Counted from the first letter of the whole stretch, positions 10,383 through 23,425 are shown. The stretch is 63,733 nucleotides of DNA, filler included, from Craspedostauros australis (GCA_030167865.1; 10 parts of 10 records of this genome joined end to end with filler, not necessarily neighbours in it), one strand, 5' to 3'. Made by a program: numbers and translations. The notes: generated from the sequence alone by a model not told the origin.

Positions 10383-11635
10383 ATGTGAGGTGGGACGTCG
10401 TGGATCTGCGCTGGCTAATGTGCAGGCTACTGTGCTGTGCTGGATACTATACTATACTGTTCAGGAAGGGATTTGTTGTCACTTGATGGAGAAGACCGGC
10501 CGACGCATGTGTCCACATGTTGAGCGTCCCAGCTGGGAGCAACCAACGCATTCGATCGCAGTAGCGAGAGAAGAAAATGATGACGATGATATCTAACTAA
10601 CGCAACGTATTATGGTACCCCATTGGAATGCGACACGACTAGGAGTGTGAATGGAGTACTATGCTTGACTACTCGAAGAAGAGTATTCATAGCATGTGTG
10701 AGATCGTATAGTACTCTAGTTCTTCCAGTAATCATCGATGACACCACTCCCAAAAGTGTTGGTAAAGTGAGAAAGAGAAACAAAGAAAGATAAATCATCG
10801 ACAAACCCGGTGCCTACGACTAAGACTACTTTCGCCAATACGGCTACTAGTCGCATCCTACTACCTCTGAGTGCGCGTTACCAACACGATTGCTTCGCTC
10901 CGCCGCGCTTCGCGCGCTCCGACCCACCACACCCGTCACACTTTCTCCTCCGATCACCGTCGCTCGCCAAAAACGGAAGTTGGTGCTCATGAAGCTCGTC
11001 CAATGCGACCGCTGATCATGAGATTCAGATGCGAACGAACACCATCGCCTTAAGTAGAAAATAACCGTTCCGTTGCGAATCCTGTAAACGGCAAAGATGA
11101 TTCTGTGAGAAGCCGGTTGTTCATGTGTCACAACGACGCGCCACATAGGACAGTTGCAGGTTCACCTTGTGGAAATCAGGTCGTGTGGACAAAGCCTCGC
11201 CACAAATTTGCGTGTCAGAGCAAGCGAGCAACGGACGTTTTGCGCTGAGATGTGTCGCGGTCTCCCTCCGCCATCGTCACCCCAGTGTGCGATTTCGTCA
11301 CAACTTTCATTCATACCACCAGTCAAACCGTTGCAACATTAATACCGCACATACGACTACTCGGACGACCACATAGCACGAAGCACTGCGACAGTCATCA
11401 CATCCTGAGCTCGGGAGCGACACTGCATCCAAGTCATTAGACTATTACAATACAATACATTGCTTTGCTTTGCATTGCATTACTAATTCGACATCTCCCA
11501 CCTCTCGAGTTCAATCGTCGGAGAGAGATCTGAGACTTTTGCCCATCATCCAAGAGAGTGCACCAACGCACAATCGCACCAACGCACAACCGCGACCAGA
11601 GCCTGAACTTGGAAGCCCAGGTTTTCACAACAGCC

Positions 11636-14606
11636 ATGGTGCTCAATCGCTTGCGCTCGAGACGGATTCGGTCTCTGGACCGCAACAGCAGCAACAGGGG
11701 CACCGACGCGCCCAAACCTGTGCCGAAGCCTGCCTCGCACTCCACAGCCCCGAGCACCGATGACGAGGACACCCATCTCAATCGCCTCATCGCTAATCGC
11801 ACAGGCGAGGACATCAGCACCATCATGTACGGAGAGAGCGTCATATGGCAGGCGCAGACACTCAGGGCTCGACCGCAATCCACAGCCGAGCTCGATCAAT
11901 TCCTGCCCACCCTCACGACCGGCAGACAAACCGACATCAGCCTCATGGGCGAGGAACGCAACGGGCAGCCGCACAAGGCCGCTGCGCAACGGACCAGCAT
12001 ACAACGCCGACCTTCGGGTCAGTCCGCATTTGAGGAGAACGTGGAGGTCTTCAAGTACGGTCGCCGGCGGTTGCTCAAGGAGATCGACGCGAATGGTGCT
12101 GGTGGCAGCCGTGACGGACAAGGCCTGTCCACCGATATGAGCCTGTTCTGTTTGTCACTCCTCAAGACTGAGACGGCTCCCAGGGCCAAGTCTTTGTCGG
12201 AGCGCATCGTGCGAGATAGTTTGCAACAGCATTTGGATCTGTACACGGGAAGCAACAGCGGAGGCGCGGCCATTGGTTCTGGGCACGGCAGCAGCGGCGC
12301 GTTGACCGAGTACATCACGGAGCCTGTCGATACTTCTATGAGTCTCAGCAGCAGCGGCGAAGGCAGTAGCGCTGGCAGCACTAGTGACAGTGACAGCAGC
12401 TATTCTGAAAACGGAAACGATGACAGCAGATATCTGCATCCTGGAGTCACCTCGTCCAACCCCAACAAGCTGAACTCGATGGCCATCGAATGTCTCAAGA
12501 CCAATGATTATCAAGACTCAATCGATCTTCTCATCAGGTTACTGGAGGTCCAGCGCAAGATACCCAATGCGAAGACGTCCGAAACGCTCAGTCTGCTCGC
12601 CATTCTGCATCTCGCGTTGGGACACCTCAACAGATCCATCATCTTTGCCAAGGAATCGCTGCGGCAAAATCGGGAGGAATGCTTGCGTGAGGAGGTGTCC
12701 GTCAGCCTCATGACCATGGGCCTCATCTACTTCCACGGCAACAAGATGGACAAGGCGCTGTCGACGTGGAGGGAGGCGATGCAGATATCCTGCTCCGTCT
12801 TCGGATACGACCATCCCTACGTCGCCGTCCTGCTAAACAACCTCGGCTGTCTCTATTACCAGCAGGGCGACTTCCCGGCCAGTCTCAGATCGTTCTCGGA
12901 GTCGTTGGATTTGCAAAAGTCCTTCCTCAAGGCGTCGTCGGGCACGATCACGGACCTCCTCCTGCTCGACATTGCCACCAGCAAGGGCAACATGGCCGTC
13001 GTCATGTCACGCGACGGCAACACGGATTCCTCCATGTCGCTGCTCGAGGAAACGTTGAGCCTGCAGGAGTCGGTCCTGGGCCCCGGCCACCACTCCCTCA
13101 TCAAACAGACAAGGTACAACATAGAATGCCTCGGCGGCGCGCTGGCACGACCGGCAACCCAAACGCGCAGCCACATGTTCTTCTCCTCCAGCATCGCGGG
13201 CAAGAGCAGCGTCACGGCGAGCCGAGGCGCCGTGGTGGGCGGGGCGCAATCCTTCCCATTCGAAACGCAGCAAACGAAATCGACCATGGTCTTTGGCGAC
13301 AACGACGGCATCCCCATGCGACGATCCGGCGCCGATTCCACCATGTACGCCATGCAGGAGACGGATTGCTTCGATTTCTTGGAGTTCGGTGCGCTGTCGG
13401 CCGAGTACACGCCGCGCCAGCGCGTGCGTGCCGCCGTGCTAGAATGGTTCGGCAAGCATCTGCAGGACATTGCCGATCATGCGCAGCTACCGTTCGTGCC
13501 GGCCTTCGATGCGGCCAATCAGCGCAAGCGATTGCGCATTCCGATTGATTTGGATCGCGAGAATGTCGTGGATGCGGAGCTGTATTTGGAGGGCATCCAT
13601 GAGCAGGCCCAGGAGCACCTGGAGGTGAGTGCAAGAACAGATGTCGTTTGTGCCATGTGCGCGCGTGTGAATGCGTATAGTACGCGAATGTGCATAGTAT
13701 GCCAATGCGAATGTGTAGGGCTCCTGGAGACATCATGCAATCACCTCGCCTCAAAACATACACTAGATCTCACCTTTTGACCTCCTGTTTTGACAACCCG
13801 TTCATGGCGCTCAACAACAGTACAACGAAATCGCGGAAGCAATCAGCCTTTTCGAAAGCGTGCTTCAAAGTCACAAGGACAAGTACGGCAATGTCCACCA
13901 CCTTGTTGGAACCGCCCATCACAATATCGGACTTGTGCACATGTTCGACGAGAAGTACCACAAGGCGAAGAAGTGCTTCGACAAGGCAGCAGAGATTCGG
14001 AAGAGCGCGTTGGAGGCCGATCACCCTGACGTCGCATCCTCGCTGACCAAAATCGCCATGATACACTTGGCATGCCGCGATCCCGAAAGCGCCCGCGATA
14101 CCATGCTGGAGGTCAGCAAGACGCTGCCTCGGGTGTTTGGGTACAACTCGATTCACGTCGCGCGCGCACTGAACAACCTCGCCCTATCCCACTACGACCT
14201 GGGCGCCCCCGTGGAGGCCAACCGTGCCTGCCTCGAGGCAAAGGATATTCTGAACAAGCTGCTGATCGATGATTCGACATCGTCGACGCGGACGCCAACC
14301 ACCGTCTGCGTGGATCACAAGCGCATCATCGAACTGGCGATGGCCCGCACGTTGGGCAACTTGGGCTTTCTGGAATCGCGCCGCAAGAAGTTCAAAGAAT
14401 CCGTCCAATCTTTCTCTGCGGCGGTGAAGCTGCTGAGGCGGCACCTGGGCGTCGGCCATGCCGACTTGGACCTCGCCAACCGCAACCTCGCACACGCAAA
14501 GGAGAGCTTGACGGCGGCTCTGACGGTCGAATCCGTCACAGCAGAGAGAGGTGGCTTGCCCGACATCACTCAGTTCCTGGATGCTTTGTGTGCGTACGGG
14601 GTATGA
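11636..14606 (+). CDS. TPR protein (kinesin-light-chain/nephrocystin-3-like TPRs), two exons (11636-13624, 13821-14606)
   Basis: HPYVAVLLNNLGCLY, HHLVGTAHHNIGLVH, HPDVASSL and ARALNNLA motifs. A GTGAGT...CAG intron (13625-13820) joins the two ORFs in frame. Confidence 0.85.
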
Positions 14607-14935
14607 TGACATTCGCGACGAGATTGAATGTGGCTCACGAACGAGAGAGATCAAGCGAAGTTACAGCATGATTCCTGCGGTGGAATAATACACGCACGAG
14701 CAGGGAGGAGTTCGTAGGAAAAGCAAGATCTGTGCAAGTCCTGCCACTTCAAAAGAAAGCACGTCGTAGCAAATTGGTATGCCGATACATGTTAGTACTA
14801 GTATGTACGGTACGAGCTGCATGTGGCTATTCGTCCATCCAAGTCGTTGTCGAGGACACTTGATGCATGGCATCGACGATGTCCTCCTGTGAGACGCCAT
14901 CGTTCATCAAACATATCTCCAAAAAGAGAGTTCAC

Positions 14936-15007
14936 AGCTAGCGGCGAGAATTGAACTCGCGACCTTCTCCTTACAAGGGAGATGCTCTACCACTAAGCTA
15001 CGCCAGC
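14936..15007 (-). tRNA. tRNA-Thr(UGU)
   Basis: Reverse complement is GCTGGCGTAGCTTAGTGGTAGAGCATCTCCCTTGTAAGGAGAAGGTCGCGAGTTCAATTCTCGCCGCTAGCT. It forms a cloverleaf with a TGT anticodon and a GTTCAA T-loop, and a T5 Pol III terminator lies at about 14921-14925. Confidence 0.95.
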
Positions 15008-16549
15008 TGGTTGATGAGAGGGGATCAAACTATGCTACAAATATAATCAAATTGTGTGCTGCACCATTTTTCGACCTCTGGTGAAGCGAGAAGATTGGGA
15101 CGGAAGAAGAGGGAGGTGTAAACCCATCATCACTTTCGCTCCAGAATCGTCGTGTTCCTTCGTTGCTTGCTATGCCGTTCGATCAGGCGTGGTGACACAA
15201 GACCGAAACATCTGTGTCTCGCAGACAGGTGTCAGAAATCTGCCTCGGATTGTGCAAGTTGCAAGAGCCCAAATAGCTTGTGGCACTCTGACAAAGCTTG
15301 CCAAACAATGAACGTACGTCCACCAAATGTGCATCCCCATGTTCCTCTTCATAGAACGCTCTATCCCCCTCCCTCCATAGCTTCGATGACCTGAGGCGAC
15401 GAGTGGACAAGAACATTCATCGCATGCTCGACCATCAATGAGCAGCTACAACCCTTCGCGAGCTTCCTCTTGCTACCCACGATTGCACAAGAAATCTCAT
15501 CCTGCCTGTCTTGAGACTCTGCAGCTTTCGTCATGGATGCATTGCTATCCACGATAATGTATTATAGAATAGAATATAATATAATATAATATAATATCAT
15601 GCTCTGCTCCGAGATGATTTGCGATAAGAAAAGGAGAGAAAAACTACAGCTTCTGTTGTTTGTGCGTTTCCGCAACGCAGTCGGACTGGTCTGACGATGG
15701 TGTCCTCGCAGCGACCGTTGGTGACGTCACATCATTCTCGCACCTTCGCTGAATCTCGCATTGGCGGACAAACTGATGGGAAAAGGTATCCGAACAACAT
15801 GGGAAGTTTGATTTGTTTCTCTCTTTTTGTTCCACACCGTCTCGCTTTTCCACGACCGTCACCCGGCAATGATGTCACACGCGTCTTTGGTTTAAATTCC
15901 GACGATGAACTTTTCTTCTTCTTGACAAGTGGTGGTTGGCATCGACCATGGGGGCGGATCGTGACAAGTTCGCACTCGCAGAGCAGAGCACTGTGTCGTC
16001 CACAGCGAGAGTGCCTTGCTGTGTTCTGACACCCACATCTGTTTCCAGAAGTTCCACACAACACGAGGCAGCAGAGCCGATCGCACTCCGACTGCAACAA
16101 CACTCGCACAAGAAGAGTGCAAGTATCCGAAGGAAAAGCTCAGAAAGACACAACACAAGAGCAACGACGCAGAGATTCCAACACGGTCACCACAGAGAAG
16201 TTGGAAAGAAAAGAACAGGTGCCGAAGAACGCCGAGCAGTATTGGACTCAGGTGCACAAAAGACGATCGGCATCGATTCCAATTCCAATGGAGTGACCTC
16301 CAATTCAAAGAATTCCATTCCATTGCACAGCACAGCACAGCACAGCACAGCATTGCAGAAGACCATCCAAGTACTCTACCTGCACTCTCCTCGGCTTCAA
16401 TCTGCTTGGTTTCATCATCAAACCAAGGCCACACAAGCTGCAGCAGCATTGTTGACACTGCCATCACCACAGGCAACAGAAGTCACAACATCAACAGCAC
16501 TCAAGACAACGACGAAAACGACGACAACGACGACGAAGAAGAAGCAACC

Positions 16550-16859
16550 ATGCAGAAGTCATCCGTCAAGCGGCTGTTCTTGATTATCGCGGCGATTTCC
16601 GTCTGCCATTTCTCGTGGATCATCAGCAAGTCTCACGAGGAGGATCTCAATCAGTATGAATGGACGTGCGACCTCAGAGCCAGCAACACGGTGCGATATG
16701 ACTCCGATGCAGGTGCATTGGCAATATCAAAACAAGAGACGAACAACCAAGACGCACTTGATGGCAACGATGCAGATATGGAGACTGGAGACCGCCGACA
16801 GCGGGCCTTGCAATTTGCAGAATTTGGAACGTTGCTTCAAGGCCGAACACAACTAGAGT

Positions 16860-16896
<37 letters not shown>

Positions 16897-18256
16897 GACG
16901 ACGGCGAACAACAACAACAACAACAACAACCTTCGAAGGAACGCCCAAGAGAATGCCTACCCATTCGAAGGTGATAACGATCAGACCCAGCAATCCAGCT
17001 CCACAATGCTGCCCGTCCGGCAATGCGGATGTGATGCTGCAATCAACTACTTCGAATGGACGCGATCCAGCGAGGATTCTGACTCCCAACATGAGGTCGA
17101 CCAGAATTCACCGCCACAGCTGGATCAGAACTACTGCCATGTCCAACATTCTCACTGTGGGTACACATCCATCCCAACCAAACGCTACGATTCAGATCTG
17201 AAGCGATGGGTGCGTTCTGCCGACCGTTCGTATCAAATCACATGCTTCACACCGACCACCACATGGCAGCTCATCCTGCGCATCACGTGGCTCATCACGG
17301 TTGTTTCCTTCGCCATACTTCTGTGGGGCTCCCTCTTCACATCCACCGGCCGCCATGCCTTCCATTACATCCTTGACACGTTCTGCTGCTGCTGCAAGGA
17401 CCACACCAGCAAATTGACGACGTGGATTTACCAACAGAACCCGTACTTTGCCAACGTCATGATTGAACGATTCCTCAATCGCAATCCGGAAGAACGTCGC
17501 GCGATGGAACAAATCCGTGCGGCGGAACGCGAAGCACGACGTTCACGACGCAGCATCCGTGTCACCAGGGAACGCCGATTGGTGTTGAAGACCAAGGTTT
17601 ATTCCAGTTCCACAGGCACGCTCGCCATCAACAGCGATGACTCGAATCGCAAGACGTTGGAGCACCTCGAAACCGGGTCCTGCTCCTTATCATGCTCCTC
17701 TGCATCGTCGACATCATCGTCACCGTCGCCGTCATTGGGTTCCTTGCAACGCGATGCCAGCGATCAGGAGCTTGGCGACAATGAAAATTGTTCCGCAGCC
17801 CCGGCATCCGATGATAGCATCGCAAGCCATGATTACGACTCCCAATGCACAATCTGCTTTTGCCCCCTGGAAGAAGGCGTGCGCGTTGGTGCATTTCCAT
17901 GCACGCACACATTCCATGTGGAATGCTTGAAGGCATGGTTGGCACGGCGGAATTGCTGTCCATTATGTCTGCATCAGGATGTCGCCAAAGCAGAAACAGT
18001 TGAAACGAGAGAAGTCATCGAACCAGCCGCCAATAGCATATCCACACACAGGAGCGATGGCGACAGCGACGAGCGCGGTGACCGCATTCAAAACGATACC
18101 GACGACGCCATTAACGCTGATGAGGCCGTTGACGCTGATGATGACGACGATGAAAATGACGACGGCGCCCGCGAAGATGACGATGAACCATCGGACGAAG
18201 AGGTACCATCGCAGAACGAAGAGCACCCGACGGCCACCGATCAACCTTCACGATGA
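16550..18256 (+). CDS. Membrane-anchored RING-H2 E3 ubiquitin ligase
   Basis: N-terminal hydrophobic segment, Cys-rich region, TM helix WLITVVSFAILLWGSLF, and the C3H2C3 RING CTICFCPLEEGVRVGAFPCTHTFHVECLKAWLARRNCCPLC. Confidence 0.88.
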
Positions 18257-19399
18257 GGAATGATATCGCAAGAAAGGTATTCTATTATATTATGCACTAG
18301 AATATATCATATAAAATGCCATCTGCAATACTCTCCTACTCAACTCAACATAACTCTCGTCCTGTCTCAATCGTCTTGGCCGATAATGATTCATTCCTCG
18401 ATCTGTTCTTGTTGTCTGTTTCGGATTTCGCGTCGACTGTCTGTTTCGTGAGACCTCTCGAAGCGCTTTCGATATGAAACGAAGACATACATACATAGGC
18501 ATACATACATACAGACAACGTGATCAACGAGACACAAAGCGTTTGACAAGAATTAACAATGTGCAACTTCGCTTTTTGCACTTCTCCGCAATGATCACCC
18601 ATCAAAACTTCTCGCTATCGCAGCTCATGATACATGCGAACACGCTACCACATGCGCAATGAGTGCGTTACCGGGCGCTCTCGCTCTTGCGAGGTGCCCT
18701 TTGAGTCCATCATCTGGGGTTGGCCGGTAGCACAAGAAGCACGTACCATTGGCACGACCTTCCGTGTGATTTGACAGATGGCCGGAGAGGCAACTGCAAT
18801 AGTTCGTGAAAAATCACTTCGAGAATCAGGCGGATTTACCAGGATCTTCGAGTTACTCCGACCCCACACCTCGACCGCCTCTGTCCAAAGCAGAAGCGGG
18901 GAAAGGGTGAACCATTCACACACAGTGAAAAACTGGATCACTATCATGCGATTTTGCTTGGCCTTGGACATTAAACAGACAAAAAACTATCTTGGCAGGA
19001 CTCGATAGGCCTGACGGTCTTCATCGTATTGATGTTATGTTTGTCCGAAATAGGGCCACTGGGTTTGCTTTGGATGTGTCGAGCACTAGTTTGTTCTTGT
19101 GATTATGACCCGGGTTCAACAGGATCGATGGATATTCCCCGATGATTCCAAATTGCTGCCTCTTAAACTTCACACATCGATAGCCCTATATGTGAGGACC
19201 CTACACAACCCTCAAGACCCCCCCCTATCTCCTTTAGTTTATAAGTTATAAGAGGTTAAAGTTGGGTCATCGCGCCGGCCGGCCAAAAGATTTCTCGCGA
19301 TGCTCCGTGGTAAGATATTTAGCGTCTTCTGCGACACCGTTGAGATCGGCAAAAAACATGGTGTTTAGATCCCAAACACGTTCAAACCATGGCAGGATC

Positions 19400-19485
19400 G
19401 GTGTTTGGACGTCCCGTCCATGGTGTGCTCGACGTCCCCCCTATGCTGTGTTCGACGTCGCACCCATGGTGTGTTGGATGTCGGG
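19400..19485. repeat. Four degenerate ~23-bp tandem repeats (ggtgtgttcgacgtcnnnnccat), possibly transposon subterminal repeats
   Basis: ggtgtttggacgtcccgtccat / ggtgtgctcgacgtcccccctat / gctgtgttcgacgtcgcacccat / ggtgtgttggatgtcggg, located shortly before a contig end. Confidence 0.6.
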
Positions 19486-19647
19486 TGATGTTCTCCGGAC
19501 ATTCTCCACAAGACTCCTTCCCGCGGCTCGTACGAAAGCAAGACGACCGATCCTGTTCTTCGCAGCATGTCATGACATTTCTTTTCTGTTCTTCGTGCAA
19601 AATTGTCTTGCTTTTCTTTCGAAGAAGCTCCTTCCGGTTCTTTTTGT

Positions 19648-19747
19648 NNNNNNNNNNNNNNNNNNNNNNNNNNNNNNNNNNNNNNNNNNNNTTAATTAAT
19701 TAANNNNNNNNNNNNNNNNNNNNNNNNNNNNNNNNNNNNNNNNNNNN
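19648..19747. other. Artificial contig linker (also 39250-39349, 42212-42311, 45174-45273, 47507-47606, 51770-51869, 56449-56548, 59997-60096, 62129-62228)
   Basis: Identical N44-TTAATTAATTAA-N44 spacer with stops in all six frames, occurring nine times. Confidence 0.98.
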
Positions 19748-20344
19748 GTATTCATCACGGCCATGGTGGATGTGGGTGTGATTGGTGCCATCCCGTGGGC
19801 AGGGTTTGCTCTCAATTCCTTGACGGTTCTCTTCGTCGTCATGGCGGTCGGTTTTGGTACGTTGGTGGAAGTGTGGATTGGTTCATTGATTGCTTCATTG
19901 ATTGCTTCATTGATTGCTTCATTGACTGCTTGTTTGCGCTGTTCCGACATCATCGTCGCTCACATCTTCCTTGCAAATCGCCATTTACGCATCGCATCGC
20001 ACCATACTGGTACCGACATCACACCGCCCCGTTTCTGCACAGTTGTTGACTTCAACGTTCACGTCATCCACGGGTATCTGCATGCGCCCAACACGAATCC
20101 CGTCGGCGACATTTCATCTCGCGAGGAACGCGTGCGGCACGCTCTCTCCACCGTCGGTGGCTCCATCTTGTTGGGAGGACTTTCCTCCTTCTTGGGATTC
20201 TGCGCCATGGGATTTTCATCGTCGGATCTGTTCTGGAGATTCTTCGTCATGTTGATCACGTTGGTCCTGCTGGGGATGGGCCACGGATTGATCTTCCTAC
20301 CCGTCCTGCTGACCTACATTGGTCCAACCAATATCACATTCTGA
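19748..20344 (+). CDS. 3' end of Patched/NPC1-like (SSD, RND family) gene, intron 19857-20042
   Basis: Spliced sequence reads VMAVGFVVDFNVHVIHGY...ERVRHALSTVGGSIL...HGLIFLPVLLTYIGP. It is the reverse complement of 39679-40275. Confidence 0.88.
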   Translation, partial: VFITAMVDVGVIGAIPWAGFALNSLTVLFVVMAVGFGTLVEVWIGSLIASLIASLIASLTACLRCSDIIVAHIFLANRHLRIASHHTGTDITPPRFCTVVDFNVHVIHGYLHAPNTNPVGDISSREERVRHALSTVGGSILLGGLSSFLGFCAMGFSSSDLFWRFFVMLITLVLLGMGHGLIFLPVLLTYIGPTNITF

Positions 20345-20472
20345 TAACGTTAGAGAGAGGGTTGCAAAACGACATTCATTGTATGGAGTAGAATAGTTGA
20401 CTTGTCGAAAGACGGCAAGCTATCCTATTCTGCATATTCTGCCTTGTGCTGCACGATCGACTGCGCTCTAAT

Positions 20473-22254
20473 CTATCCATCATCACCGCCCGTCACACGC
20501 ACGACATCATAAAATCGACTACGCCCATCCTTCGCCATCACGCCATGCCGATAGATCTGCACGACACCGCTGTCTTTGTCGACAGTATTGCGCACATGCA
20601 CCAAACTGGAATCTTCCCACTGCACGGCCACGCAATCTTTCTGCGATTGCAACGTCCACGAACGCAATTCGCGTACGACACCGCGCCGTAGATTGCCGTG
20701 CGCGTCAAGTTTGGGACCCAATTTGGGTTCGAGCCAGTTGGGACCGGGTTCGACGATGTTGCCGACTTGGATTTCGTGGGAGGTAGCTGTTGTTGATGCA
20801 TACCCGGTCTTCCAAAATCCCCAACATTTGCCATCGCACAGCGTGCGCAATTCAAAGCAGGAACGGCATCGTCGTTGCACGTCTGGTTTGTGATCGGGAG
20901 CGACGCCGTTAGTTTCATTGTCGGCTATGCGCTGTCGTATCTTGTGCAGTTGCCTCGTCAACGTGCGTCGCACGTTCTTGCCGAGTCCTTGCCGCTGTTG
21001 AAGGATTGCTTCCAATCCATCGCGTTGTTGCTGCAATTCGTTGGTCGAGTAATTCTCCAAGAACGTGAAGTAGACATGCTTCAAGTAGGCATGCCGATGA
21101 CAATGATACTCCAGCAATTTGTGTTGTTGACAAGCTGGACAGACCAAGAGGAGGTTGCGACAGACCGTGCAGATACGGGAACCGCACAACTGATCGAAGG
21201 GCTCTTTGCATTCGACGCATTCGCCAATTTTATCGTAGTCGGATGGCTTCATGGCAATGCGCTGATCAAAGACGAAGTTCATGCCCTTGAAGTAGCCGTC
21301 GGCACCGTAATGCTCCAAATAGCGATGAATACCACCCTGCAGCTGAGAGACGTCATGAACACCGTGGTTCTTGAGCATGGCCGAGGCCTTCTCGCAGCGT
21401 ATTCCGCCCGTACAGTACATGAGGACCTTTTTGTGTTTGAGGGATTGCGCGTGGTTGGCGCAGAAGGTGGTGTCGAAGGAGGCGAACGTGCTCATTTGCG
21501 GATTGATGGCGTGCTCATCGTTCGACACAAAATGGCCAATGTCGTATTCGAATGGGTTGCGGACATCGATGAGGACGACGTCGGGATCGTCAGCGATGGT
21601 CTGATGGAATTGCTGCGGAGAGAGATGGTTGCCGATATTCTGGTGCGTGAGATCTCGAACATGGACCTTGCCGCCGGAGCTGACGATCTCCCGCACGATG
21701 GTGATCTTCAAGTCTGGGAATGGCTCGACCTTGCCGTTGTGGGCGTTGCTGTTGTTGGTTTGGATGGAATCCGCGTTGGTGTCCGACAGCTTCCAATCGA
21801 TGTTGGCAAATACGCATCCTTTCGTGCGGTCAACGCCTGCATGCGTGGCAGTTGTGGTGTTTGCAGTGCACAGGTCATCGTATAGATTGTAGTGCTCGGT
21901 CTCTCGCATGTAGAGCTCCAACGTGCGATGATCATGGGCCGACAGCGTCCCGTTGACGCCCTCCGATGCCACGAGCAGGCGCCCTCTGAGATGCAGCCGT
22001 TCGCACAGAGACCTCTGGAAGTTGCAGAGATGCTGCAGCACTTGCTGCTGCGATTCGTCATTGTGCAACTCGGGCGGGCATTGCTGAGGGATGAAGTACT
22101 TGTAGAACAGGACGATGGAGGAATGGGGTTCGGAAGACGTGCGGGCGTCCGTGGTTGAACTAGTAGTCGTACTTGTGTGAGAAGAAGCGTCGGTCGCGTT
22201 GGTCGCGTCGGTCGCGTTGGTCTTCTTGGTGTTGTGCCGTATCTCTGTCGTCAT
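20473..22254 (-). CDS. TrhO/UPF0176 (TSTD2-like) rhodanese-domain protein with C-terminal MIB/HERC2-like domain
   Basis: LFYKY, LRGRLLVASEGVNGTLS, IDVRNPFEYDIGHF, MYCTGGIRCEKAS, LQGGIHRYLE and FKGMNFVFDQR, followed by a Cys-rich C-domain. The start is probably 22254; the ORF is open to 22446. Confidence 0.88.
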   Translation of the reverse strand: MTTEIRHNTKKTNATDATNATDASSHTSTTTSSTTDARTSSEPHSSIVLFYKYFIPQQCPPELHNDESQQQVLQHLCNFQRSLCERLHLRGRLLVASEGVNGTLSAHDHRTLELYMRETEHYNLYDDLCTANTTTATHAGVDRTKGCVFANIDWKLSDTNADSIQTNNSNAHNGKVEPFPDLKITIVREIVSSGGKVHVRDLTHQNIGNHLSPQQFHQTIADDPDVVLIDVRNPFEYDIGHFVSNDEHAINPQMSTFASFDTTFCANHAQSLKHKKVLMYCTGGIRCEKASAMLKNHGVHDVSQLQGGIHRYLEHYGADGYFKGMNFVFDQRIAMKPSDYDKIGECVECKEPFDQLCGSRICTVCRNLLLVCPACQQHKLLEYHCHRHAYLKHVYFTFLENYSTNELQQQRDGLEAILQQRQGLGKNVRRTLTRQLHKIRQRIADNETNGVAPDHKPDVQRRCRSCFELRTLCDGKCWGFWKTGYASTTATSHEIQVGNIVEPGPNWLEPKLGPKLDAHGNLRRGVVRELRSWTLQSQKDCVAVQWEDSSLVHVRNTVDKDSGVVQIYRHGVMAKDGRSRFYDVVRVTGGDDG

Positions 22255-23425
22255 CCTCCAGCTCTTGTCGATCTCTTGTTCGTTCAGGTGGTGGCTACGT
22301 TGGTGGCTGCGTTGGTCGAAGTGCATGCTATTTGAGAAGACAGACAGAGTGGGCGGAGTGGGTTGCCTGAGCATCAGAATGCATCGAGGTCGCTGCGTCT
22401 CTCTTGTGATGGATGTGATCTTTCGTCGTGACGCGCGAGTGGTCATGAAAGATTTTGAATTTTGGCGCCATTTGAGTCGGTTGAATCAACTGGCATGACG
22501 CGAGCACAATTGTCACATCACATTTATCATTAATGACCAACCCTGGACTCGCCACATAACGAAAAGGTGGATTGTTCTATGTATCGTGACATACCCAACG
22601 AATCATGCACGACACAACCAATGCGCGAGTGTTGCGGCAAACAATTAGTCACGACAGTCACTGGTTGGAAAGACGCAGGTACATAGATAGGCCCGATGCG
22701 GTTCTTCGCCTGTTTGAATGGTGGAATCGGAGCAACGCGATGACACACAACAATCCCGCCAAACTGCACAAACCAAGAACAAGAACGACACGATCGTGGA
22801 TGGTAACAACAAGGTGACAACACGGAACACAACAACAGCGGACAATGGGGAAGACGCGAAGGTTGTGAAGTGCTGCATCGGAATCATCAGCCAAGAACGC
22901 ACCTCTCTGCTCTCCCTGGAGACTGTTCCATTTCAAACCAGCAAGAGGGGTTTGTTGGTGCAGCGACTCAATCCTTAGGAGACGGGGACTGCTGCAGAGG
23001 TCGTGAAGTTGCGAAGTCGTGAAGTCGAAGTCGGGAGGATCTCAGCAAGACAACTGCACTTTCGTTGAATCGAAGCAGAGGAAGAAAAGAGACGTGTCTA
23101 TCGCTCTTCTGCGGCCGTGTTGATCCCTCTTGCGGAGCATTCTGCTCCTCCATTCCCGACCCTTCTCTGCGGCAAGGAAGAGGGTGGAGCATTTGGCTTC
23201 TTGTGAAACGGAATCTGCAGCCCAAAACGGAAGAGGCCGCTGTACTCGTACTACTACTTCGACGAAGAGGTCGTTGGTCGTACCTGTGCCTGCTTTCGTG
23301 CCATACCTTCGAGTGCGAGTGCGAGTGCGAGCTACACACGCTGCGAATACCGATACTATACTCTGCAGCCGCTCTGCGATTGACGCAAACACAAGCCGAG
23401 CGTGTCCTCAACAAGACCCACCACG

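Noticed and set aside
19648..19747. Recurrent TTAATTAATTAA palindrome flanked by Ns
   Set aside because: Artificial six-frame-stop linker between contigs. Gene adjacency across these linkers has no biological meaning.
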